DNA of 64,000 nt from Gammaproteobacteria bacterium UBA2965 (lineage in GTDB: Bacteria > Pseudomonadota > Gammaproteobacteria > Pseudomonadales > Azotimanducaceae), in contig DEBD01000037.1 in assembly GCA_002348385.1 (NCBI GenBank), positions 129,467 to 193,466 of the forward strand, written 5' to 3'. Under the pieces are notes generated by a model, which was given only the letters and a program-made list of their open reading frames with translations, had not been told where the DNA came from and made no database searches. Of the stretch, positions 16,132-25,880 are shown in pieces (position 1 is the first letter of the stretch; each line of letters begins with the position of its first letter). A program made the translations under genes and the position numbers.

Positions 16132-17133
16132 TCACACCGACTTCAAGCGGGGAGCCACCTCGGTAAACAGGCGTTCCAGGCTAGGCGCCATCTGCTCCGC
16201 CCGGAGCCCGGGCGGCACGGCCATAGTAACGATATCTGTTATTCCGAACTCGGCGATGAAAGTGCGCAGCTGCGCCACGCAGCTGTCTACGTCGCCCACC
16301 ACCCAGGTCTGAGGTACGGGATCGCCATCGCCAAACCCCTCACCGCTCTCATCAAAAAACCGCTGATACAGCCGCATGCGGTACCGCTCTGCCGCACGCA
16401 CCACGGGCCAGTCTGCCTCCTTGTCATCGGTAACTAGAACGCTCCGGATGATTCCCACGCGGTGATCAGACGGCGTACGACCCTGAGCACGCACCGCCGC
16501 CACCCATGGATCGAACGACTTGGCCCTCGCCCCCTGAGGAAGAAAGTGTGTACCGTAGCCGGCAGCCCGCAGCGCACCCGGTTCTGACATGGCCGCTATC
16601 CACAAGGGCGGTCCGCCCTCCTGGACGTAGCTGGGCGTGATCTGCACGTCCTCCAATTGGTAGCGCTTACCCTGATAACTGAATCGCTCACCGGTAAAAC
16701 AATGCTGAAGCACCTCAATACCCTCGTTCATGAGGGACACACGCCGGCTTGCCGGTAGGCCGAAGCCCCGGAACTCGTGGGGCGCATAGCCCATCCCCAC
16801 GCCCAGCTCCACGCGCCCGCCCGAGAGGTTATCGAGCACGGCCAGATCCTCCGCCAGGCGTACCGGGTGATTGAACGGCATCAGACAGATGTCGGTGCCA
16901 AAGCGCACCCGTTCGGTCACCGCGGCCATGGCACCAGCCACTGGCACCCAGCTCGGCAGGTAAGCGTCTTCCACAAAGTGATGCTCAGTAAACCAGACCA
17001 GGTCGGCTCCGATGGCATCTAACCAGCGAACCTGCTCCAGCACCTCATCGTACAACTGCCGGTGGCTCACGCCGGAGTCCGGAGGGTTACGAAAGTCGTA
17101 ACACACTCCCATTCGAAGCTCATGCCCATTCAC
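16132..17133 (-). CDS. Luciferase-like monooxygenase (LLM class flavin-dependent oxidoreductase)
   Basis: LDNLSGGRVELGVGMGY. GTG start 7 nt after AAGGAG. Confidence 0.9.
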   Translation of the reverse strand: MNGHELRMGVCYDFRNPPDSGVSHRQLYDEVLEQVRWLDAIGADLVWFTEHHFVEDAYLPSWVPVAGAMAAVTERVRFGTDICLMPFNHPVRLAEDLAVLDNLSGGRVELGVGMGYAPHEFRGFGLPASRRVSLMNEGIEVLQHCFTGERFSYQGKRYQLEDVQITPSYVQEGGPPLWIAAMSEPGALRAAGYGTHFLPQGARAKSFDPWVAAVRAQGRTPSDHRVGIIRSVLVTDDKEADWPVVRAAERYRMRLYQRFFDESGEGFGDGDPVPQTWVVGDVDSCVAQLRTFIAEFGITDIVTMAVPPGLRAEQMAPSLERLFTEVAPRLKSV

Positions 17134-17289
17134 ACAACCACTCCTTAGCCACTCACCGCTTCGAGTTTATTCCGTCAGTTGACTCAAAAAAAATGATCTA
17201 TATTGTTTTTCTGCCGATCCAATCCGTGCATCAACACGGCAAGGCGGCGCCTAAGTAAAGCACTGTCTAAAACTTGAGAGGGACAGGAC

Positions 17290-18717
17290 ATGGCCAAGAT
17301 CGAGCGCGACCTGCTGGAGTGGCCCGAGCGCACCGAGAGGTCGTTTCCAACACCCGCGTTTATTCCGCGGGTGGGCAACGTTGACCTCGGCCTAGATCGG
17401 CTAGACGGCGAGCGCTACTACTCGCCAGAGTTCATGCAGGCCGAGTGGGACAAGGTGTGGACGAAAACCTGGCAGCTGGCGGCGCGCGTCGACGAGTTCT
17501 CCGAACCCGGCGCTTTCTACGTGCACGAACTCGGAAAGGAGTCGTTCCTCTTCGTCAGAGGCGACGACGACGAGATTCGCGGCTTCTACAATTTGTGCCA
17601 GCACAGGGGCAACGTGCTGTGCCAGGCCGATACCGGGGTGCTCGACACCTTTACTTGCCCTTTCCACGGCTGGCAGTGGAACAACGATGGAACACTCAAA
17701 CGCGCGGCAGGAGCCGAACTGTTCCGCCAGTTCGACAACGGCATTCCCACCGAAGAGCTTGGCTTGCCGGCGGTGAAAGTGGACACCTGGGGCGGCTGGT
17801 TGTGGTTCAACATGGACCTGGAAGCAATTCCGGTAAAGGACTACCTTGGAGAAGCGGGTCGACAGCTCGAAGTGTACGGGTTTGAGGGCTGGCACCTGAT
17901 CAACTACCAGACGTTCGAGTGGAACGGCAACTGGAAGCACGCGTGGGATGCGTTCAACGAGAGCTATCACTTCGCGGAACTGCACCCGGACATGATTGAA
18001 TTCGGCGAAGGGCACGACATTCCAATCGAACTGCTCGGCATCCACTCAAGGATGCTCAACTTCAATCGTACGGTGAGCCAGGTTGTCGAAGATCGGGACA
18101 CCATGACGGACCTGCGCGCACACATGATGCTCAGAGCTCAAGAAGGCTGGCGGGACAAAGAGACCGCTTCTTTCAGCGGCAAGGCAAAAGACGTGCACCT
18201 CGAGGAAATTCGCCACCGTCGCTCCATCGAAGAAGACACCTACCTGCCTTACAAGCAGATGAATGACGAGCAATTGGTGCACCAGTACCACTACAGCTTC
18301 TTTCCCGGTGCCACGATGACACAGACCCCGGAAGGGGGCGCAGTCTTTCGCTACCGACCGCACGCTACCGACCCGAACATTTGCTACTACGACTTCTTCA
18401 TCCTGGCCCACCTTCCGCCCGGCATACCAAAGATAGAAAGGCCCCCACACCGCGTGCATCGTCACGTGGATGGCATCGACTATGCCGCGGCATTCGGAAA
18501 CACCTTCGACCCGATCCTGGCCAACGTGCTGCGACAGGACGGCTCCAACATGACTACCATGCAGGCAGGCGTTAAGTCGGATGCCTTCAAGGGTATGATC
18601 CTTTGCGATCAGGAGCTGCGGATCCGGCACTTTCACATGATGATCGACGAGTTCATCGCCGGCAGCATAACCACCGACAGCCTGCCGCCCGGTGATGCAT
18701 ATCTGCTAAAGGACTGA
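17290..18717 (+). CDS. Rieske [2Fe-2S] oxygenase, alpha subunit
   Basis: CQHRG...CPFHGWQW. Paralogous to 55763-57115. Confidence 0.9.
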   Translation: MAKIERDLLEWPERTERSFPTPAFIPRVGNVDLGLDRLDGERYYSPEFMQAEWDKVWTKTWQLAARVDEFSEPGAFYVHELGKESFLFVRGDDDEIRGFYNLCQHRGNVLCQADTGVLDTFTCPFHGWQWNNDGTLKRAAGAELFRQFDNGIPTEELGLPAVKVDTWGGWLWFNMDLEAIPVKDYLGEAGRQLEVYGFEGWHLINYQTFEWNGNWKHAWDAFNESYHFAELHPDMIEFGEGHDIPIELLGIHSRMLNFNRTVSQVVEDRDTMTDLRAHMMLRAQEGWRDKETASFSGKAKDVHLEEIRHRRSIEEDTYLPYKQMNDEQLVHQYHYSFFPGATMTQTPEGGAVFRYRPHATDPNICYYDFFILAHLPPGIPKIERPPHRVHRHVDGIDYAAAFGNTFDPILANVLRQDGSNMTTMQAGVKSDAFKGMILCDQELRIRHFHMMIDEFIAGSITTDSLPPGDAYLLKD

Positions 18718-18778
18718 TACCCAGACGCGGTCAATGAAGGTCGCGTGGAACCATCAATAAAATAACAAAGGGAACCAC

Positions 18779-19390
18779 ATGGCTAACACAACACTCTACG
18801 GCGTATCGGGATCGCGAGCGATCCGTTCCATTTGGGCCATCGAAGAGGTCGGCATTGAGTACGAGCACGTGCCAGTGCACTTTCGAAACGCTTCCACGGA
18901 TATCGACTACCTGAAGGTCAATCCCAACGGCCGTATCCCGGCCTTGGTGGATGGCGACCTGGTGCTGTGCGAATCCATGGCCATCAACCTGTATCTGGCC
19001 AAGACCTATGGAGGCGATCTGTATCCAGACAATCCAGCCGATGAAGCCCAGACCATTCAGTGGAGCGTATGGGCCATCAGCGAGATCGAGCCCGTGCAGA
19101 TGCGCGCGGTGATTCACAAGTTCTTCGTTCCCGCCGATCAGCAGGACCCGGCCGTGATCGAGGAGGCAGCCAAGGATCTGCAGCGCCCGCTCAAAGTGCT
19201 GGACGCCCACTTGGCGGAGCGCCAGTATCTATTGGGTGATCGTTTCACCATCGCCGACCTGAATCTGTCCGGCGTCATGCTGCTGCTGAACATGGTTGGT
19301 CAGGACTACTCTGAGCACACGCAGGTGAAGCGCTGGGCCGACGCATGCTACGCCCGCCCATCCCTGGCGGCGGCCCAGGCGAAAGATTAG
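18779..19390 (+). CDS. Glutathione S-transferase (Ser/Tyr type, no recoding)
   Basis: NPNGRIPALVDGDLVLCESMAINLYL and a C-terminal GST helical domain. Confidence 0.9.
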   Translation: MANTTLYGVSGSRAIRSIWAIEEVGIEYEHVPVHFRNASTDIDYLKVNPNGRIPALVDGDLVLCESMAINLYLAKTYGGDLYPDNPADEAQTIQWSVWAISEIEPVQMRAVIHKFFVPADQQDPAVIEEAAKDLQRPLKVLDAHLAERQYLLGDRFTIADLNLSGVMLLLNMVGQDYSEHTQVKRWADACYARPSLAAAQAKD

Positions 19391-19398
19391 ATAGTGCT

Positions 19399-19425
19399 GG
19401 CTAGCGGGACATCCTGCGGCTAGCC
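19399..19425. terminator. Hairpin between convergent genes (possible bidirectional terminator)
   Basis: GGCTAGC-13 nt-GCTAGCC. The 3' arm overlaps the stop of the minus-strand MFS gene. No clear U-tract. Confidence 0.3.
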
Positions 19426-20775
19426 GTCACGGGCCTCGATCTGCGCCTGCAGCTCACGCTGCTGCTTCTCGTCGAGCTTGAAGTCCTTGATGAACAGGTA
19501 CGCGAGCACCATGGCCAACGTGGGCACCACCACGTAGATGAGCCGGAAGGAGAACAGGGTGTCTTCCGAATTCCCTCCCTGGGCGTCGAATCCAACCAGG
19601 GCCAACAGCGGATAGGTAATCCCGATAGCGATGGCGCCGCCCGCCTTGGCCGTGATCGCCAACAGCGCGAAATACAGGCCCGTGCGCTGACCGCCCGTTT
19701 GCACGTTGTCGTAGTCCACCACATCCGCCGCCATGGACCGCAACAAGAAGTTCAACCCTGAGTGAGTGAAACCCGTAGCGAACAACAAGGCAGCGAATAG
19801 CCCGACGTCTCCGTATCCAGGAATGAAGAAGAGCGCGGTGGTCACGCAGAAGCACAGCGCGCTGATGCCAAAGGTCCTGTGCTTTCCAATGCGATACGCG
19901 ATACGCACCCACATGGGCACACCCACGATGTGGGCAATAAAGAAACCGATCAGCGCCAAAGAGTTGAACTGCGCGCTACCGAGCAACTCGGCCTGGTAAA
20001 AGATGAACAGCCCGGACATCACAGAACCGGGAATGGCCGCCGCAGCGTCCGCCAGCAGCAACCGACGCATATGCGGGTTCTGCACCACCACCTTGAGGCC
20101 ATCGATGAACCCGATGCGGGGCGCCGGCGCCGTTTTGCGCTCACCTACCAGAGTCACCGCCATGAACACGCAGATGGGTGCGAATACCAGGGCCATGGTG
20201 CCGAAAAAGGTGAGCGCCTCGCGCCCCGCCGGCGGCGTGCCCGAATACTCCAGATACGCCAACGGACCCAGAATCAGCAGCGAGCCCATATAGCCGGCAA
20301 AGGAGTTGTATCCCGCAATGCGCGAGCGCTGGTCGTAATTGGAGGACAACTCCGCGGACCAGGCCTGATGGGAAATCGTCTTCATGGTGGTGCCCGCGTA
20401 AAGAACAACCAGCCAGAAGCCCAGATACCAGATGGAAGGCGATCCCTGGGGTATGAACGCCATGAACACCCCCAGCATCATGAACGGCAGCGCGATCACC
20501 AGCCAATGGCGGCGGCGCCCCCAGCGGCTGTCGTAACGATCTCCCACCATGCCCATCAACGGATCAGTGATGATGTCGAAGGCCCTCACCAGCATGAAGA
20601 CGAAGCCGACTTCTGCGAGCCCTAGTCCAAGCGTTTTCGTATAGAACGGCGGCAGGAATATTCCGAGCGGCAGCGTCATACCCGCCGAGGGGAAAGCAAT
20701 CGATGCGAAAGCTGCCAGGCGCCACCCGGGAACGCGCCCGTCCTTTTCGTAACGGGTCGAAGTCGCTTCAGCCAT
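19420..20775 (-). CDS. MFS transporter, glycoside-pentoside-hexuronide (GPH):cation symporter family
   Basis: DPLMGMVGDRYDSRWGRRRHW loop motif and a 12-TM pattern. Confidence 0.9.
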   Translation of the reverse strand: MAEATSTRYEKDGRVPGWRLAAFASIAFPSAGMTLPLGIFLPPFYTKTLGLGLAEVGFVFMLVRAFDIITDPLMGMVGDRYDSRWGRRRHWLVIALPFMMLGVFMAFIPQGSPSIWYLGFWLVVLYAGTTMKTISHQAWSAELSSNYDQRSRIAGYNSFAGYMGSLLILGPLAYLEYSGTPPAGREALTFFGTMALVFAPICVFMAVTLVGERKTAPAPRIGFIDGLKVVVQNPHMRRLLLADAAAAIPGSVMSGLFIFYQAELLGSAQFNSLALIGFFIAHIVGVPMWVRIAYRIGKHRTFGISALCFCVTTALFFIPGYGDVGLFAALLFATGFTHSGLNFLLRSMAADVVDYDNVQTGGQRTGLYFALLAITAKAGGAIAIGITYPLLALVGFDAQGGNSEDTLFSFRLIYVVVPTLAMVLAYLFIKDFKLDEKQQRELQAQIEARDG

Positions 20776-20778
20776 AAG

Positions 20779-21978
20779 TCAGCCCACCGCCTCGGCCGCG
20801 CGCAGGCGCGCCAGTTCCGCCGCATCCACCCCGACCAGCTCCATCAGCACACGCTCGGTGTCCTGACCCAGTTCCCCCACGTCCGTGAGTTCTGGGGGCT
20901 CGATGTCGCGAAAACGCAGTGGCGTGTGCATCTGGGCAATTGCGCCGAAATGCTCATGAGCTCGCAGCTCCAGCGTGCCCCTGGCTTGTAGCTGTGGGTC
21001 GCTGATCACGTCGTCGAGGTTCTTGACCGGAGCGCAGATCACACCGTGTTCCTGGCACTGCTCGAAAACCTGCTCCTTGCCCAGTTGGCTGGTCCACGCC
21101 GTCACCACCTCGTCCACCGCCTCCATGTTGGCGGCCCGCGTTGCCGCATCGACGAAGCGTTCGTCTTGCCCCAGCTCGGGGCGACCCATGGCCTCGCACA
21201 GCTTGCGCCAGTGGCCCTCGCGGATGCAGATGATCGCAACGTGACCGTCAGCAGCCTCGTACACGTTGTAGGGAGCCAGACCGCGGCCAGGATGGTGGTT
21301 GCCGGCCCGCGGAAGCTGCTCGCCGGCCAGGTAGTAGGAACCCATGGCGGTTGCCAACGTGGGATACACACAATCCTGCATGGAGATGTCCACTGTGGCG
21401 CCCTCACCAGTCTGCTCGCGGGAATACAGCGCGCTGACGATACCCGCGTACAGGTGGGTGCCAGCGATAAAATCGGCAAACGCGGCCGCCGTCTTCATAG
21501 GCGGGCCGCCATCCTCGCCGGTGATGCTCATCACACCGGTCATTGCCTGCAGGGTGATGTCCATGCCGAGAAAATCCCGATATGGGCCCACGGTCCCGTA
21601 ACCGGTGCTGGAGGCATAAATCAGACGCGGATTCTCGGCCCGCAACCCTTCCGCCCCGATGCCGAATTTGTCCATGGTGCCTGGCGCGAAGTTCTCGAAC
21701 ACCACGTCCACCTCGCGTGCCAGCTGCTTGACGAGCTCCCTGCCGTCTTCGGACTTGAGGTTGAGCGCGATGCACTCCTTGTTGGAGTTGAGCATGGCAA
21801 AGGGATAACTGGCGCTGGAGCGAGCACCGCGAGCGCGCAAGGTTTCACCAACGAGAGATTCCACCTTTATCACGCGCGCACCGGCCTGAGCCAGCAGAAA
21901 TCCGCAATAGGGCCCGTTATAGACCTGACCGAAATCCAGAACGCTCACCCCGTGCAAGGGCTGCTGGTTCATAGACAA
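20779..21978 (-). CDS. Family III CoA-transferase (CaiB/BaiF family)
   Basis: LHGVSVLDFGQVYNGPYCGFLLAQAGARVIKVE. Confidence 0.9.
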   Translation of the reverse strand: MSMNQQPLHGVSVLDFGQVYNGPYCGFLLAQAGARVIKVESLVGETLRARGARSSASYPFAMLNSNKECIALNLKSEDGRELVKQLAREVDVVFENFAPGTMDKFGIGAEGLRAENPRLIYASSTGYGTVGPYRDFLGMDITLQAMTGVMSITGEDGGPPMKTAAAFADFIAGTHLYAGIVSALYSREQTGEGATVDISMQDCVYPTLATAMGSYYLAGEQLPRAGNHHPGRGLAPYNVYEAADGHVAIICIREGHWRKLCEAMGRPELGQDERFVDAATRAANMEAVDEVVTAWTSQLGKEQVFEQCQEHGVICAPVKNLDDVISDPQLQARGTLELRAHEHFGAIAQMHTPLRFRDIEPPELTDVGELGQDTERVLMELVGVDAAELARLRAAEAVG

Positions 21979-22031
21979 TACCTCCCGACCAGCCAGTGTA
22001 TGCCATTGGCCAAGCCTTGCTCAACGAGCAG

Positions 22032-22538
22032 CTATGCGCTCGGCGAGGTGGGCCTTCGAACCACCGCTGTGCCCGCCGCGTAATCGTGCAGACAACGGCG
22101 GTTTCTGGCGAACGCGAATATCTGGTCGAGCACCGGAATCAGGGCCACCCAGGGAATCACGACGGCAACCACCAGCAGAAAGAGCAACGGGAAGAACAGC
22201 GCACGAATGAAGATCAGCTTCCACAGTGGGACGGGGTGTAGTTCTGCGGCGCTCGAGCCAACGGCGGCAGCCGGCACGATGGCGATGCCGAGCAGCAACT
22301 TGCCCAGCGTCTGGCCCCGGCGCATGAGCGTATAGCCATTGAGTATCAGGTAGCTGAGCACTGCCACCGCGAAAACGCGCAGCACCAATACCCACCAGGG
22401 ATTGGCCCAGTCTTCAGCGTCCTCAACCACGTCGGAAGCCATCATCACGATGAGCGTCAGACTCGGTACCAGCACCATGTCGATGGCGGTGGCCAGCAGG
22501 CGCCGGATGCGGCCGGCGAGTATCACGTCGTTACTCAT
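22032..22538 (-). CDS. RDD family membrane protein
   Basis: AGRIRRLLATAIDMVL...RRCLHDYAAGTAVV. ATG 22538 overlaps the upstream stop by 8 nt (ATGAGTAA). GGAGG lies 6 nt upstream. Confidence 0.8.
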   Translation of the reverse strand: MSNDVILAGRIRRLLATAIDMVLVPSLTLIVMMASDVVEDAEDWANPWWVLVLRVFAVAVLSYLILNGYTLMRRGQTLGKLLLGIAIVPAAAVGSSAAELHPVPLWKLIFIRALFFPLLFLLVVAVVIPWVALIPVLDQIFAFARNRRCLHDYAAGTAVVRRPTSPSA

Positions 22539-24126
22539 CGCCCGCCTCCAGTTGAAACACCAGAAATGCGTTTCCGCCGCGTTGTTGCCCCACATAGGTG
22601 TACCCGGACGACACCAGCAGCAGGTCGTCGGCGAGCATGGGGCCGTGCCCGTCGAAAGCACCGCCGACGGTTTCGATCCCGTTGACCGAATCGTAGGCAC
22701 GCCAGGCATCGTGTGACCACAGCCGCTCCCCGCTCTCGGCCGAATACACCTCCAGGTAGCCATCGATGGTCCCCGACACCACCACATCGTTGGCTGCAAT
22801 GATGGCCGACGACAGACCAAATACGCATTCGGTTGCCTCGCAGCGCGACGGGCGCGTGTATTTCCAGCGCAGCGCCCCCGTGGCAATGTCCAGGGCGTAC
22901 ATTCCCGGTTTCGGCTCCCCAGGCGACGGGAAGGACTCGATACCCTTGTCGCTGATGGGCACGAACACCAGGCCCATGGCTTCATTGGCGGCAAGCCCCC
23001 AATGCACACCGCCAATGATGCCTCCGCGGCCCAGGTTGGTGGTCCACACCACCTCACCGGTGTCCGGATCCATGGCGTGGGCGTCCGCCGACTTTTGGCC
23101 TGCCACCACCAGCTCACGGCCTTCCAGGGTGCGCAGCAACTGGGTGGCCCCCCCAAAGTCCACATCCGGCCCAGTCGGCTTGGCGCAGTTGGGATGGTTG
23201 AGGGAAGCCACGTTGCACGCAGCCGTGTAGGCATCGTTGGCCGTGTGTTGACGCACCCACCTCACCTTTCCGGTTTTTGCTTCTACCGCAAAGATGGCGT
23301 CACTCGTGTCGGTTGTGGGGTGCGTGAAGTTCTGGCCAGTACCGAAGTACACCAGATCGCGGGCAGCGTCGTAGCTGGGCGCCGCCCAAACCGGCGCGCC
23401 GCTGGGCCCGTGTTTCTGCACCAGGCCGAAAAAGTGGCTTCCGGCCGGCTTTGCTTCTTCTTCGATGGTGGGCAGGTACCACAACTGCTCTCCGGTATTG
23501 ATGTCGATGGCGGCCAGCCCACCGCTCGTGGTGCAGCATCCATAGAACGGATTCACCGCAAGCCCCACCTCCATGGAGGCCACCGGCGCAAACACCACAT
23601 CCGCAGTGACTAATGGGGTTCCCGAATAGGTGGGAACCGGCTCCTCTCTCACCGCCCAGTGCCAGATGAACTCACCCGTCACCGCGTCCACGGCGAACAC
23701 CCCTTCGGAACGATCGTTGAAGATCAGCACCCTGCGATCGCCGATCCAACCCTCCAGAATCGCACTGCTCATCTGTCCTTCATGCTCGAACACCCATCGT
23801 TGGCAACCGGTTTCCCGCTCCAGGGCAACCAGCCCGCGGCCAGTGTCACCGATGAAGATGGTATCTTCGGTCACCAGGGGATAGGAGCGCGGCGTGGGAT
23901 TGCCCAGGCCGTACACCCATTTGAGCTTCAGGCGGTGAACGTTGTCTGCACTCAGGGACGACGCTGGTTGGAAACGGGTGTTGCGTTCGTCTATTCCCCA
24001 TCCGTTGGCGTAGGACTTCTCGAAATGGGGGACGGAGTCCACGTTCTCACACGCGGCGTGCGCCGCCAGAGCCAGCAACCAGGCACCAAGACCAACCCAA
24101 AGCCTCGCGGACCTACATGCAGACAT
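22531..24126 (-). CDS. Secreted PQQ-like beta-propeller repeat protein (quinoprotein dehydrogenase-like fold)
   Basis: Signal peptide ...LLALAAHAA, repeated propeller blades with conserved W/G, AAGGAG before the ATG. Confidence 0.8.
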   Translation of the reverse strand: MSACRSARLWVGLGAWLLALAAHAACENVDSVPHFEKSYANGWGIDERNTRFQPASSLSADNVHRLKLKWVYGLGNPTPRSYPLVTEDTIFIGDTGRGLVALERETGCQRWVFEHEGQMSSAILEGWIGDRRVLIFNDRSEGVFAVDAVTGEFIWHWAVREEPVPTYSGTPLVTADVVFAPVASMEVGLAVNPFYGCCTTSGGLAAIDINTGEQLWYLPTIEEEAKPAGSHFFGLVQKHGPSGAPVWAAPSYDAARDLVYFGTGQNFTHPTTDTSDAIFAVEAKTGKVRWVRQHTANDAYTAACNVASLNHPNCAKPTGPDVDFGGATQLLRTLEGRELVVAGQKSADAHAMDPDTGEVVWTTNLGRGGIIGGVHWGLAANEAMGLVFVPISDKGIESFPSPGEPKPGMYALDIATGALRWKYTRPSRCEATECVFGLSSAIIAANDVVVSGTIDGYLEVYSAESGERLWSHDAWRAYDSVNGIETVGGAFDGHGPMLADDLLLVSSGYTYVGQQRGGNAFLVFQLEAGDE

Positions 24127-24273
24127 ACTGACTCCTTTATGAACCCGCGGGACTCGCCGACGCCGGGCAAAACCCCCATCGTATCACTACCTAGCCGTGT
24201 GAACGCCGTCGCGCTGGCGCACCCCTGCCATCCGTGCTTTATTGACCCACCCAAGTCGAAGGCCACACAGGCC

Positions 24274-25860
24274 ATGGCCACATCGCCCCTGCCCAGCTTC
24301 GAACGTCCGTTCCTACCCATCATCCGCAATGCGTTCACGCGCTATGCCGAGGATGAGTTTCTGCACTTCCAGGGGCGCGGCTACAGCTATGCGGAAACTG
24401 CCAGGCTGTCCGGCCAGATCGCGGCACGGCTGCACGAGGGCGGATTCCAACCCGGCATGAAGGGCGCCGTGTACAGCACGAACTCGGCGATTTCTTTCAT
24501 CGCCACCCTAGGCATCCTGTTGGCCGGCGGCACCTGGATCCCGGTGAACCCGCGTAACGCACCCAAAGAAAACGTGGGCATTCTGCGCAAGTTCTCCGTG
24601 GAGGCGTTGTTTTTCGAAGCCGCTTTTGGCGATCCGGCAGGCGAGTTTCTGAAAACCAGCAACGGATGCACGGTGGCGTGCTTGGACGGAAATGAAGGCC
24701 CACACCCCGAACTGTTTCACTGGATTGGCGACGCAACCGGCAAACCGCCCGAAATCAATCCGGCCCCGGCGGATCTCATTTCCATTCCGCTCACCGGCGG
24801 CACCACGGGCTTACCCAAGGGCGTAATGCTCAGCAACCGAAACTTCTGCGCCATCGAATACGCAACTCGGCATATGTACGAAGGCCGCCGCCCGGTCATC
24901 TTGTGCGCTGCCCCCATGACCCACGTATCAGGCCGCATAGCGTTGGCCGGCATGTCATCGGGAGCGCGCTGCATCATTTTACCTAAGGTGGATTCTCAGC
25001 TCATCCTGAATGCCATCGAAGCGCACGGCGTCACCGACTTCTTTCTACCCCCAACCGGCATCTACACGCTGCTCGACCAACCGAACGTCAACGACTTTGA
25101 TTTTTCCACGGTACGCACCATCAGCTACGGGTCCGCGCCCATGTCGACAGCGCGACTGAAGCAGGCGCTGGAAACCATGGGGCCCGTCATGCGGGGCGGC
25201 TACGGCCAGACAGAGAGCCCCATGTTCATTGCTCGCCTGCACCCACACGAACACTACGTGAACAACGACATCGCAGCGCCCATCGCAGACGATCAGCGGC
25301 TGAAGAGCGTGGGGCGCCACACGGTGATTTCCACAATAGGCATCGTGGATGACGATCAGAACGAACTGCCGAGCGGCGCCACCGGCGAGATTGCGGTGAA
25401 GGGGCCGATGGTTTCGGAGGGGTACTACTTGAGCCCGGAAGAGACAGCCAGGGTGCGCAAGAAGGGCTGGCACCTTACCGGGGATATCGGTTACCTGGAC
25501 AATGAGGGCTATCTCTACATCGTGGATCGAAAGAAAGACATGATCATATCCGGCGGGTTCAACGTGTATTCCACGGAGGTGGAACGGGCATTGCTAGATA
25601 TTGAGGACGTGCTGCTAGCGGCGGTGATCGGCGTGCCGGATGACAAATGGGGAGAGGCCGTGGCCGCCTTTGTGCAACTGGTGCCGCAAAGCGATTTGGA
25701 CGCTCAAGCCATCCTGAACCAGGCAAGAGAATCCTTAGGTGGCGTCAAGGCACCCAAACAAGTCACCATTGTAGACGACCTGCCGCGCACGCCTGTAGGA
25801 AAGATCGACAAGAAGCCCCTGCGCGAAGCCTCCTGGGCAGGGATGGGACGAAAAATCTAA
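24274..25860 (+). CDS. AMP-dependent acyl-CoA synthetase/ligase
   Basis: IPLTGGTTGLPKGV and GKIDKKPL. Start trimmed to ATG 24274, because the upstream part of the track ORF is antisense to the PQQ-like gene. Confidence 0.85.
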   Translation: MATSPLPSFERPFLPIIRNAFTRYAEDEFLHFQGRGYSYAETARLSGQIAARLHEGGFQPGMKGAVYSTNSAISFIATLGILLAGGTWIPVNPRNAPKENVGILRKFSVEALFFEAAFGDPAGEFLKTSNGCTVACLDGNEGPHPELFHWIGDATGKPPEINPAPADLISIPLTGGTTGLPKGVMLSNRNFCAIEYATRHMYEGRRPVILCAAPMTHVSGRIALAGMSSGARCIILPKVDSQLILNAIEAHGVTDFFLPPTGIYTLLDQPNVNDFDFSTVRTISYGSAPMSTARLKQALETMGPVMRGGYGQTESPMFIARLHPHEHYVNNDIAAPIADDQRLKSVGRHTVISTIGIVDDDQNELPSGATGEIAVKGPMVSEGYYLSPEETARVRKKGWHLTGDIGYLDNEGYLYIVDRKKDMIISGGFNVYSTEVERALLDIEDVLLAAVIGVPDDKWGEAVAAFVQLVPQSDLDAQAILNQARESLGGVKAPKQVTIVDDLPRTPVGKIDKKPLREASWAGMGRKI

Positions 25861-25880
25861 ACGCAAACCGGACTCACCGC

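Noticed and set aside
17179-17204. TTGACT ... TATATT promoter-like hexamers in the AT-rich LLM/Rieske divergent gap
   Set aside because: The spacer is only 14 nt, outside the usual 16-18 nt for sigma-70. I kept it as a note only, not as a feature.
23659-24273. N-terminal 205 codons of track ORF 23659-25860. Analogous long 5' extensions occur at 25647-25880, 30504-30923, 29584-29640, 3057-3158 and 2968-3102.
   Set aside because: The extensions overlap neighbouring genes or run antisense to them, and they are Arg/Pro-rich. Internal ATG codons give N-termini typical of the respective families, several of them preceded by an SD.
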